DNA from: Dakarella massiliensis
GTDB taxonomy: Bacteria; Pseudomonadota; Gammaproteobacteria; Burkholderiales; Burkholderiaceae_F
Direction of reading: 5' to 3'
Assembly: GCF_001182045.1 (NCBI RefSeq)
Contig: NZ_CVTY01000006.1
Coordinates: 356,086-420,085 of the forward strand
DNA: 64,000 nt
The position numbers and the translations under genes are program-made. Positions 1 to 10,698 of the stretch are shown here, in pieces. The stretch's first letter is position 1; every line of letters begins with the position of its first letter. The notes under the pieces were generated by a model, which saw nothing but the letters and a program-made list of their open reading frames with translations, made no database searches and was not told the DNA's origin.

Positions 1-321
1 CCGCGTCCTTCACAGCCGCGAGAAAGCCTTTCGACGAGAACGTAGCGCCTGAAATGGCGTCGAGATCCGTGGAATTCGTTTTGACAACGTTGTCTTTAAG
101 ATCTGTAAAGACCTTCTCCGCGAGAACCGGGTTCTCGTTCTGAGAGAGAACCTTGATTGACTGGATCTTATTTGCGTCAAAGGTCACCTGAACCTTGATA
201 TCGCCGTCCTTCCCAACACCGGTGCCGGTCGTGGTTACGGCCGCGGCGGACGCCTGGAAAGAAAAGGCTCCGATCACGGCCGCCATCACGGCGGCAAAAC
301 GAATGGATTTGGTATTCATCA
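1..321 (-). CDS. Partial (5' portion only; gene continues upstream of window) secreted FMN-binding-domain protein, probably the N-terminus of a flavocytochrome/fumarate-reductase-family flavoprotein
   Basis: Minus-strand translation MNTKSIRFAAVMAAVIGAFSFQASAAA...ISGATFSSKGFLAAVKDA shows a signal peptide plus the SGAT.SS FMN-binding motif, the same architecture as the N-terminus of the 19984..21924 flavoprotein. Confidence 0.55.
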
Positions 322-607
322 CGCTGCTTCTCCCCTCAAACCTGTCAAATTGACTTGTCAATTTTTGATTGCAACGTCATTAAAAGACAGTTAACCGCCT
401 AAGTCAATATCCTTATCTCTTTAGTGATAGAGGTAAATCGAAACAAAACGTGTTTGGGAGAATGAACTGTGCTTTTTCCTGACAGAATGGGGGATAGAGA
501 GCTCTCTGGAATCCACGGGAAATCAGCGGTTTCTGCGGAGTGGATCCGGGTGCCCCGGCTCAGAAACCATTACTGTGACGCGGATGAATGAAAGGGAGGA
601 TCCCGTG

Positions 608-1066
608 ATGACAGCCTGTGAGAAAGCGATCCGGTACCTGCTCGCCAAAATGGATGAGGAGGCGGGGGATGTCATGACGCTTCCGGTGCTTCAGAAACTC
701 CTCTATTACAGTCAGGGATTTTCTTTGGCGATTACCGGAAAGCCGCTTTTCGAAGAGGATTTCGAGGTGTGGCAGATGGGACCAGTGATTCCGGCGCTTT
801 ATGAGAAATATGGGAAAGAGCCGGCGTTCGGGATTCTGAACCCCTCGGAGACCGGAGACCCGGGACTCACGGAGGAGGAGAAGGATGTGCTTGATCAGGT
901 GTATTTCGTCTATGGGCAGTTTTCCGGGTGGAAACTGAGAGACCTGGTTCTCGCGGATCCATTGATCGCCGGGGCTCCGATCCGGTCCGTGATTCCGAAA
1001 GCCGCGATGAGAGACGCGTTTCTCGCGAGGCTCGAGGTGAGCGGCGCGTACGAGGCGGATTTCTAG
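608..1066 (+). CDS. Panacea-domain (DUF4065, SocA/GepA-like) antitoxin-like protein
   Basis: LQKLLYYSQGFSLAITGKPLFEEDFEVWQMGPVIPALYEKYG matches the Panacea/DUF4065 core. A GGGAGGA SD lies 5 nt upstream of the GTG/ATG at 605/608. The ORF-track start at 575 is probably too long. Confidence 0.6.
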   Translation: MTACEKAIRYLLAKMDEEAGDVMTLPVLQKLLYYSQGFSLAITGKPLFEEDFEVWQMGPVIPALYEKYGKEPAFGILNPSETGDPGLTEEEKDVLDQVYFVYGQFSGWKLRDLVLADPLIAGAPIRSVIPKAAMRDAFLARLEVSGAYEADF

Positions 1067-1141
1067 AGCGAGAGGAAAAGACCGCCAAACGCCCTAAAAT
1101 AGGCACTTTCAGCATCCGGTATTCATCAGGGCAATCCATCT

Positions 1142-2317
1142 ATGGCAGCAGATAACGCTTTTTCATTCGCGATCGTGACGGCGTCCCCGAAGGGGCGCAT
1201 GCTGGAACGGATGCTGGCGAAAGTCCTTAATTGCTATAAGTTCGTCTGGCTTCTTTCTATTCTCAAAATCGTCTCCGGGAAAAAGCGCGAATACATTTCT
1301 TTCAAAGAAATGTCAGCGCGAATGATAGCCACAGCCTGGTATCCGGTTATTTACTTTCGGCTTAACCTCGGATATGCGGACAGCCTGGCCGATGCTATTC
1401 ACGATGTGAAAGCCGAGTGCGGCCTCCCCGATGGCGCGAAGTATGATGAAATTGTGCGGGCTGTTATGGCAATAAAAAATGAAAAGCTGGCTGCCCAGAT
1501 AGAAGAGCTGACAGAATATGTTTGCCCGCGTTTCATCGTGCCTGTTTTCAGTGATGAGCTCGAGGAATTTAGAAAAACCTGCGGGAGCAATAGTAAGTTT
1601 GATGCGGGAAAGAACAGGACCGTTAAGGAACTCAGTCAGAAAGAGTGGAACAGACTTCGGACACCCTACGTGATTGGAGACGAGGGCATCACGCTGACCC
1701 CGGAATGGACGCAGTTCTTCCACGATTTCAACCAGATTATTGCGGAAAGCACGTACTTCAAGCTCACTCAGTACATTCAGCGTCGGAATCCCAGTGTTCC
1801 CGCCATCTCTGAAAAGTTGATTCAGCCGACAAAGCGCAGCAGTCCGGAATTTGATAAGGCGCGGGATTACTGGAGCCTGGTGATTGATAAGAATCCGGAC
1901 GTGTATGACATTTACACCATGCGTCACTTCACAAAGGACGCACTTGATAGCCTGGGGCCGATGTCTGTTGACCACTTTGTCCCCTGGAAGTTCGTGCTGC
2001 ATGACCAGATCTGGAATTTGGTTCCTACGTTCAGGAGCCCAAACAGCAGCAAAAGCGACAACCTCCCGGACTTCGCCTACCTGGATGACTTTTGCTCGGT
2101 GCAGTTCCTCGGTCTTTCAACGATTCGCCGCACTAACCAATTCTCTCATCTGATCGAGGCCTATCGGGATGTGATACCCGACGCGGAAAAGTTTGTGGCG
2201 ATTCTCGAAAACAAAGACGTGTTCAGCCTGCAGTTAAAGAACGCCATTATTCCGCTGCTGCTTCAGGCAAAAAATCAAGGCTTCTCCGACTGGAACAATT
2301 CATACCGGGAAATTTAG
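1142..2317 (+). CDS. HNH/His-Me-finger nuclease-motif protein (DUF1524-like C-terminal motif) with unknown N-terminal domain; candidate toxin partner of the upstream Panacea gene
   Basis: C-terminal VDHFVPWKF...DQIWNLVPTFRSPNSSKSDNLP fits the D-H...N...N..K His-Me finger pattern. It lies 75 bp downstream of the Panacea gene and has lower GC (about 49%) than its neighbours. Confidence 0.5.
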   Translation: MAADNAFSFAIVTASPKGRMLERMLAKVLNCYKFVWLLSILKIVSGKKREYISFKEMSARMIATAWYPVIYFRLNLGYADSLADAIHDVKAECGLPDGAKYDEIVRAVMAIKNEKLAAQIEELTEYVCPRFIVPVFSDELEEFRKTCGSNSKFDAGKNRTVKELSQKEWNRLRTPYVIGDEGITLTPEWTQFFHDFNQIIAESTYFKLTQYIQRRNPSVPAISEKLIQPTKRSSPEFDKARDYWSLVIDKNPDVYDIYTMRHFTKDALDSLGPMSVDHFVPWKFVLHDQIWNLVPTFRSPNSSKSDNLPDFAYLDDFCSVQFLGLSTIRRTNQFSHLIEAYRDVIPDAEKFVAILENKDVFSLQLKNAIIPLLLQAKNQGFSDWNNSYREI

Positions 2318-2598
2318 AGCGGACCCGAGGCATAAACCATCCATAAACTGACGGAAATCTAATTACAGGTGGGTCAGATCCTGTCCGCAAGATGATTGGG
2401 GATGCCAATTCACTAGGCAGATGTGCCAGCATCAATGACTGAGGAAGTCAGTGGAATTCTCTGCCCGGTAGTTCTGGCGCGAAGATAGTCTCTAAGCCTG
2501 ATTTATGGGTTTATTCGGAGGCTCACTTACGTAGGTTGTCAGAGCCTGATGACCCTTTCGGCGGGGAACCGTAGATAACGTCACCAGGCTCTGCCAGG

Positions 2599-3228
2599 TT
2601 ACGAGGCTTGTTCGGGACCAGTCACCGGCTTAGCGATAGCACTCTTCTCTTTGATCCAATTGGTCACGATATCCGGGTCAGCAAGGAACTCGGCGAGCGG
2701 CCAATGCTTGGAGCAGAACTCAAATTGAGGACATTTGCCACTTTGCTGCCAATCAGGTTGAAGAGGGGGCCTGTCAGCTTCTTTAACCATTTTCCAGTCG
2801 CTTTCCTGCAGGCAACGGTACAGATTGACTTCAACCACTGCCTCCTTGCCAGACATTTCCAAAGGATCGGGCTTGGTATTCTTACCTGCACACAAGTCTG
2901 AGTCACTGCGGAAATCGTAGTCGATATAGTTGCGTAAAATCAGCGCTTTATCGCCTTTGATAGCCTTGTTGTGTGTCTTGTCCCGGTAAGCATGAGTCGA
3001 AGCAAATAGCGGCAGATAGTCCCATGCCGAAGTGTCGGATGGGGGGTATGTATCGCGGGGAGGGGTGTAAGTTTCGGTGGGCTTCCAGTACCAGAACTCG
3101 GTGTACAGCGTCTGATAGGCGATCGTATCGAATAGCGGGAGGATACGCATGTAGAAAGCGGCCGCGAGTCTGTGGGCCTGCTGCAGCTGGGTAACCAGCT
3201 TGGTGGTTTGCTGAAGATCGTATGTCAT
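2599..3228 (-). CDS. Hypothetical protein, downstream partner of the NERD-like nuclease gene
   Basis: Uninterrupted ORF. The likely ATG (MTYDLQQ...) is preceded by AAGGA. Its start is 2 bp from the stop of the upstream gene, so the two are translationally coupled. No recognisable motifs. Confidence 0.45.
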   Translation of the reverse strand: MTYDLQQTTKLVTQLQQAHRLAAAFYMRILPLFDTIAYQTLYTEFWYWKPTETYTPPRDTYPPSDTSAWDYLPLFASTHAYRDKTHNKAIKGDKALILRNYIDYDFRSDSDLCAGKNTKPDPLEMSGKEAVVEVNLYRCLQESDWKMVKEADRPPLQPDWQQSGKCPQFEFCSKHWPLAEFLADPDIVTNWIKEKSAIAKPVTGPEQAS

Positions 3229-3248
3229 AGCGGCATCCTTATCCAAAG

Positions 3249-4064
3249 TCAGTGATTCAAAAAGGAGAAATCGTGGGAGGAGAGGCGCAATGTCCCGGCA
3301 TACTTAAGCAGCGCGGTCCAGCCAGCAGTGTGTTCAGCCGGTGAGGTCATTTCCCATCCTGATATCACCCCGCAATCCAAGTGCACCTTTTTTTCTGCGG
3401 GGTAGTCAAACAAGAGCTTCCACTCGGGTATTACTGGTGCCATACCAAAGAGCTCAAATGCCCGCATCCACTCTTCGCGAATGGCGCGATCCTGTCGGCA
3501 GGAGTCAAACTCGGGGGCGGTTTGCAGGAAGTGGCGGAGCGATCCCCATTCACGCAGTGTCATTTGGCGAAAACGTTCGGGCAGCTCCGGATGAGTCAGC
3601 GGGGCGGCAGGAGTATGGCCGAGCGCCACATAGTAGAGCCGGTCTCCATAGGTCTTAACGTCGGTATTGCTAACCACAGCATCGACCTGGTCCTTCCACT
3701 GGTCCTGATGCTGGTCGCCCCCGAACGGGGGCTTGACCTCGATAACCACCAATGAGTTTTTAAACCGAAGTATCACATCGGGCTCAACATGTTTAGGCTC
3801 CTTTTCGGGGTCAGCATGTTCAGGCTTCAATTCCAGGTATGGCCACAGCTCCAGCTTGTCAAAGGTGGAAGGATCAATCGGATTGTCGGCACCAAGCAGG
3901 AAGCGCAGCAGGGCACCCAGAGCGCTGTCAGAGAGGTAGGGCACACGTCCAAAAAAGACGGCAGTCAGCAGATCCTCGCTTCGTTTGAACGCGTCACGCC
4001 AGCTGATAGATTCCTCGTCCTGCTCGATACGGCCAGCCTTGCCATGCAGAATCGCCTGCAGCAT
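3249..4064 (-). CDS. NERD / PD-(D/E)xK nuclease-like protein
   Basis: EPDVILRFKNSLVVIEVKPPFGG is a classic PD...(D/E)xK / NERD signature. The start is set at MLQAILH, with AGGAG 5 nt upstream. Confidence 0.45.
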   Translation of the reverse strand: MLQAILHGKAGRIEQDEESISWRDAFKRSEDLLTAVFFGRVPYLSDSALGALLRFLLGADNPIDPSTFDKLELWPYLELKPEHADPEKEPKHVEPDVILRFKNSLVVIEVKPPFGGDQHQDQWKDQVDAVVSNTDVKTYGDRLYYVALGHTPAAPLTHPELPERFRQMTLREWGSLRHFLQTAPEFDSCRQDRAIREEWMRAFELFGMAPVIPEWKLLFDYPAEKKVHLDCGVISGWEMTSPAEHTAGWTALLKYAGTLRLSSHDFSFLNH

Positions 4065-4660
4065 CGCAGCTCCTCGTGATGTTGATAGTCCTCGTGAACC
4101 GATTTCAGGGCTTCCAGAGCGTTCACGAGTGAAAATCAAGTATGTAAAAAGAGTACGTAAAGAGTCTACTCGCCCGTCATTTATGAATCAAGGTAAATCG
4201 GTTCAAAGAACGGGTCAATTTATGGCCGCGGCAGAAACGGCATGGGAAGAGAGGTGCCGGGTACGAAGGATCCGGACAGCAGAAAACCGCCTCATGACGC
4301 ATAGTCATGCGGAGAATGGCATTGGCTCAAGGGAGTCGAAGACAACAGCTCGCAATCGAAGCTCTGTCTCTTTTTGATTCAGACGGGGGACATCCGGAAT
4401 CGCGCGCATGGATTCAGGGGTGCCGCGGGTCTTTTTTGAAACGCGCTTATCAGGTTCGGTGCCTGATGAAGCGGTAAAGCGGAAAACGTGTGAAGCGTAA
4501 ATCTTAGAAGGAAGTAACGAGGGAACTCTTAAGTTTTGTGCCGTTCCCTCTACGCCATGAAGATCGCTTCAAGGCTGAGGCACATTCGGAAATCGATCGT
4601 TTTACTGTGACACTTCATTTTGGCTGCTCCTATTTACGAAAGTCTCTTGTCGATCCGGTC

Positions 4661-4906
4661 TTAGATGCAGACACCGGAGAGGAGGCTCAGAACGTCGATA
4701 CCCTGGCGGGTCTTGCGGGGAGCGGCGGCCTGTTCGTGGGTCTGGGAGGCGAAGGTGCTCTTCGTCTGGGTTTCCGCCTTGGTGAGGGTGACGGAGCCGT
4801 CGGCCGCGATGCGGAACTCAAGCTGGTTGCCGCTCGCGAGATTCAGGAAATCGCGGATTTCCTTCGGAATAGTGACCTGACCCTTGATAGTAAGACGATT
4901 TGCCAT
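4661..4906 (-). CDS. AbrB/MazE/SpoVT-family antitoxin-like DNA-binding protein (orphan)
   Basis: N-terminal MANRLTIKGQVTIPKEIRDFL is the swapped-hairpin AbrB/MazE motif. No toxin ORF of at least 60 aa lies downstream. Confidence 0.55.
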   Translation of the reverse strand: MANRLTIKGQVTIPKEIRDFLNLASGNQLEFRIAADGSVTLTKAETQTKSTFASQTHEQAAAPRKTRQGIDVLSLLSGVCI

Positions 4907-4935
4907 TTTATTTCTTCCCTTTCGATTTACACGTA

Positions 4936-4977
4936 TAAAAAAAGACAGAGCCGCAATTTTGTTTGCGGCTCTGTCTA
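4936..4977 (-). terminator. Rho-independent terminator (minus strand), likely the thiC 3' end
   Basis: On the minus strand, a GACAGAGCCGCA / TGCGGCTCTGTC 12-bp stem is followed by TTTTTTT. Confidence 0.5.
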
Positions 4978-5221
4978 AGTTGAATCTCTGTTCTGCGGAA
5001 CTTATCTTTCTAACGGGTGTGCAGAACGAGACGCCTTAGCTCTGGAGAGCCGCGTCAGTCGCATGCACATGCTGTCAACGATGAACAGCTGGTTAGACAT
5101 TTGGAAAAGTTCCTGTAACAAGTAAAAACGTATAAGTAACCTTACCCGAGCAATTTTGAAAAGTCAAAATTTTGATTTCGGATAAGGTTTTTGTCGTAGA
5201 GACTCTAAGGAAAAGCGCCCA

Positions 5222-7096
<1,875 letters not shown>

Positions 7097-7224
7097 TTAT
7101 AGGCGGCGAGAAAGACGGAGGGAATAACAGCCGGTATGCAGGGTGGGGTCTTGAGACGTCTCTCAAAAAGAACGCCTTCCGGGAGTTCTCTTAATTCCGG
7201 AAAGCGTCCCGGCTCCCGCACCGC

Positions 7225-7332
7225 TGCATATTCGTTTCCCTCCGACGGTATCAGCCGCATCAGGTTCCACGGGTGTTTCTCAATCAGGAACGCGTTTTAG
7301 TGACAGGCCGCGTGCCCTGATACCCCGAACGT
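7225..7332 (-). ncRNA. TPP (THI-box) riboswitch controlling thiC
   Basis: Minus-strand RNA CGGGGUAUCAGGGCACG...UUGAGAAACACCCGUGGAACCUGAUGCGGCUGAUACCGUCGGAGGGAAACG matches the THI element core (CUGAGA...ACCC...AACCUGAU..GG.UAAUACC.GCG.AGGGAA). Confidence 0.75.
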
Positions 7333-7385
7333 GCGCACCATTCTAAACGGGGTTGAGATCCGAGAGGAGGGGAGGAAACGAAGTT

Positions 7386-8069
7386 TTACTCGTTTCGCCG
7401 CGAGACGAGCCGCCTGATCGAGCGGTCGTGAATCCCGGTGAGGAAGAGCATCGAGAAAACCGCGCCCACGAGGCACCACGCCATGTCTTTCTGCGTGTCC
7501 CAGGGGTCGCCCTGCGTGCCGAGGAACGCGTCCGCTTCCTCGTGAATGATTTCGGCGGTTGCCCACTCGAAGATTTCGTAGAGCGCGGCGATCGAGAGAC
7601 ACACCGTAATCGAGAAAAACGCGGCCCAGGCTTTAGAGCGGGCGGCGCGCGTCCGGAGGATGATTTCGCGCGCGATGATCGCGGGGAACGCCCCTTGAGC
7701 GAAGTGACCAACCTTGTCGTAATTGTTCCGCGCGAAGTGAAGCGGTCCCTCAAGCCACGTGAAGAGCGGGACTTCCGCGTACGTGTACTTCGCGCCAATA
7801 AAGAGGATCACGCAGTGGATCGCGATGAGCGCGTAGCAGAAGCGAGAGAAGCGGAATTTCCCCCAGGTGAGGGCAAGGAGCGCGAAGCCAATCAGCCCCG
7901 GCGTGCATTCGAGCCACCAGGTGAGTCGGTCATGCGGATTGATGCCGGACCAGACGAGCACGGCGAGCCAGATGGCGAGCAGCACCGCGTGGAACGTCGA
8001 AAACCGTTCCCCCATTCCTTTTTCGTACCAATCCATAAGCCGGACTCCTTTTCCGTCGAATCGTATCAC
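7386..8069 (-). CDS. Polytopic inner-membrane protein (DUF2238/YjdF-like, tentative)
   Basis: Several hydrophobic helices. The family assignment is from memory only. Confidence 0.4.
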   Translation of the reverse strand: MIRFDGKGVRLMDWYEKGMGERFSTFHAVLLAIWLAVLVWSGINPHDRLTWWLECTPGLIGFALLALTWGKFRFSRFCYALIAIHCVILFIGAKYTYAEVPLFTWLEGPLHFARNNYDKVGHFAQGAFPAIIAREIILRTRAARSKAWAAFFSITVCLSIAALYEIFEWATAEIIHEEADAFLGTQGDPWDTQKDMAWCLVGAVFSMLFLTGIHDRSIRRLVSRRNE

Positions 8070-8146
8070 GGGAAAGAAGCGCCGGCACGGGGAATCGCAG
8101 CGCGGTGTGCTCTTTAGACCCTTAAAATCCGGGTCTTTTCGGAACT

Positions 8147-9400
8147 TTACGCGGAAGCGCCCTTCGGGACGTCACGCCACCAGGCGGGGAACTCGATCGT
8201 TAGATCGCCGATCGGCACCACGTCCCCGACTTTCGGCGTGAGGAGCTTCCAGTCCGCGAGGTGAGAGGCCATCCGGAACCGCTCCAGCGGATCAAACCAG
8301 GCGTGCCGCGCGAGCGCGTAGCGGCAGTTGTGGATCGGGATCACGGATTTCGCGCCGACCTCGGTCGCGGCTTTGACGGATCCTTCCGGTGCCATATGAA
8401 TTTCCGCCCAGTCCGCGTTGTACTGGCCGTCCTCGATAAATGCGAGGTCGAAGCCCCCGGAATCGCGGAAGAGGTCGCCGATTTCCTTGAAGTGCGAACC
8501 GTTTCCGCCGTCCCCTGAGAGGTAAAGGCGCTTTCCGCCCGCCTCAATCACGTAAGACCCCCAGAGCGTCTGATCGCGCTTCAGCGTCCGCCCTGAGAAG
8601 TGGCGGGATGGGAAGAAGTAGATCGCGGGGGCCTGAAGAGCGCCGGACTTCCATTCAGCCGGCTGCAGACGCTTTTCCGGTTTATGGAACGGATGCAGCA
8701 CCTCAGGCTTCGGATCCGTGAACCGCGCGGCGTCGTACCAGTCGAAAACGAGGATCTTATCGGGGTTAATGCCCCAGGCGAGAAGATGCGAATTCACGCC
8801 AAGCGGCACCGCGTAGCGCTTCACCTTGTGGTCCAGCGCCTTGATCGTCTCGCAGTCGAGGTGATCCCAGTGGTCGTGCGTGAGGATCAGGAGGTCGATC
8901 GGAGGCGTGGTCTTCGCGGTAAAGGGATAGCCGCCCCGGAACTCAAAGCTTTTATTCACGAATGAGACCGGAGAGGCGTACGCCGAATACACCTGATCCA
9001 CGAGGAACCGGAGACCGGCGAGCTGGAAATAGAGCCCCGAGTGCCCGAGCCACACCGCGATATCGCGGTTCGGGTCGAGTTTTGAGAGATCGGTGTGCGT
9101 GCAGGGCAGCGGCGCTGCGGGTTTCAGATCCGGGATGGAGTTTGTGAGAAACTTCCACCAGGCCTCAATAAACCCGTCCTTCCCGACCATGACAGACGTC
9201 GGCTGCTGGTTACGGAATTCCCCGTCGATCCAGTTGGGGGATGTATGGATACTCTCCGCGAGCTTTCCCTCAGGGATCTCGCCAAAGCGGTTCACGAAGG
9301 AGCAGCCGGGCGTCATCACGACGGCTCCCGCGATCGCGCCGCCGAAGAGCGCCCGGCGCGTGCATTTCGCGACGGGACTCTGTTTAAACGGTTCATGCAT
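8147..9400 (-). CDS. Tat-exported MBL-fold metallo-hydrolase
   Basis: TRRALFGGAIAGA twin-arginine signal and the LTHDHWDHLD metallo-beta-lactamase motif. Confidence 0.8.
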   Translation of the reverse strand: MHEPFKQSPVAKCTRRALFGGAIAGAVVMTPGCSFVNRFGEIPEGKLAESIHTSPNWIDGEFRNQQPTSVMVGKDGFIEAWWKFLTNSIPDLKPAAPLPCTHTDLSKLDPNRDIAVWLGHSGLYFQLAGLRFLVDQVYSAYASPVSFVNKSFEFRGGYPFTAKTTPPIDLLILTHDHWDHLDCETIKALDHKVKRYAVPLGVNSHLLAWGINPDKILVFDWYDAARFTDPKPEVLHPFHKPEKRLQPAEWKSGALQAPAIYFFPSRHFSGRTLKRDQTLWGSYVIEAGGKRLYLSGDGGNGSHFKEIGDLFRDSGGFDLAFIEDGQYNADWAEIHMAPEGSVKAATEVGAKSVIPIHNCRYALARHAWFDPLERFRMASHLADWKLLTPKVGDVVPIGDLTIEFPAWWRDVPKGASA

Positions 9401-9704
9401 AGCGGCTCAGAAATGATTCAATGATGGATTTCCGCTTATGCTACTGCAGGCGGCGTTTTCCGCTGATCTTTAAACGTTAAAAAAACGTGAAAAAGTGCGA
9501 CAGGCCAGGGAGGAAACCCCGGACTCCGGGCGGGAAAGCTCCAGGCAAGAAAAATCCGGCAGAAAACTGACCCTGCCGGAGAAAAATGATTCCGTTCTAT
9601 TCTGGTAGAACAGAGATAAATACTACATAAATCACCCTATATAATCTAATATTATTTCTGACTGATAAAATAAACATAAAAGTTAATTCTATGGAGAAAG
9701 CCCC

Positions 9705-10628
9705 GTGCGCCGAGCCCTGATGCATATTGAAGCGATTCTGGAAAGCGGTTCGATCCGAAGCGCGTCGAGGCGGCTGTTTGTGTCGCAGCCGTCGCTCTCG
9801 CAGTACGTGAAGCGGCTCGAGGACACGCTCGGCTGCCCGATCTTTGACCGCTCGAAGTCGCCCTGGGTACTGACGGAGGAAGGGAAGTATTTCGTTGAGA
9901 CGGAGCGCCGGATCGACGCGATCGAAGAGGAGCGGAAGCACTATTACGAGGACCGCCGGGATGTGAAGTCGGGGGAAGTCGTGATCGGGTCGACACAGAA
10001 CCGGACGGTCGCGGTGCTGACTCATATTCTCCCCGCGTTCCGGCGCGAAGCCCCGGGAGTCCGGATCCAGATCCGGGAATTCACGTCGGGGCAGCTCGCG
10101 GAAGCGGTGACAAACGGCGAAGTGGACTGCGCGTTTCTCGCGAGTACGCTGAAGAGCCCTGGTCTCACCGGGTTCAAGGTCGAACGGGAAAAGATTCTGC
10201 TCGCGGTCCCTGAGGGGCATCGCCTCGCGAAACGCGCGAAAAAGGGTGATCCCTTTGAGCCGCCGTTCCCGGAAGTGAGTTTCAACGAATTGGAGGGCGA
10301 ACCCTTCATCATTCTCAATAAAGAGCAGGTGATGCGCCTCTACTTCGATCAGCTGGTGCAGGAGACCGGCGTCCACCCGAACCCCGTAGTCGAAACGGAG
10401 ACCGTCGCCGCCGTGAGTTCCTTTGTGCGTGAGGGGGTGGGGCTCTCCTTCATTCCGGACGCCGTGGTCCGGAATCAGAAACCGACGGGTGTCGTGTTCT
10501 TCACGATCGCCGGGAAATCCCCGGAGCTCGATTTCTCGGTCTTCTGGCGCGAGGACCGGTATCTCTCGAAAGCCGCGCAGGCCTTCATTGACTGTGTGAG
10601 AAGGACGATCACGCCGATCGAGGACTGA
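9705..10628 (+). CDS. LysR-family transcriptional regulator
   Basis: N-terminal HTH (SIRSASRRLFVSQPSLSQYVKRLE) plus a LysR substrate-binding domain. It is divergent from the MBL hydrolase gene. Confidence 0.85.
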   Translation: MRRALMHIEAILESGSIRSASRRLFVSQPSLSQYVKRLEDTLGCPIFDRSKSPWVLTEEGKYFVETERRIDAIEEERKHYYEDRRDVKSGEVVIGSTQNRTVAVLTHILPAFRREAPGVRIQIREFTSGQLAEAVTNGEVDCAFLASTLKSPGLTGFKVEREKILLAVPEGHRLAKRAKKGDPFEPPFPEVSFNELEGEPFIILNKEQVMRLYFDQLVQETGVHPNPVVETETVAAVSSFVREGVGLSFIPDAVVRNQKPTGVVFFTIAGKSPELDFSVFWREDRYLSKAAQAFIDCVRRTITPIED

Positions 10629-10698
10629 TCGGGTCGCTCCAGAAACAGCAAAGGCGCTTCAGATGAAGCGCCTTTTGTTTACCTCACGAGTCCCAGTC

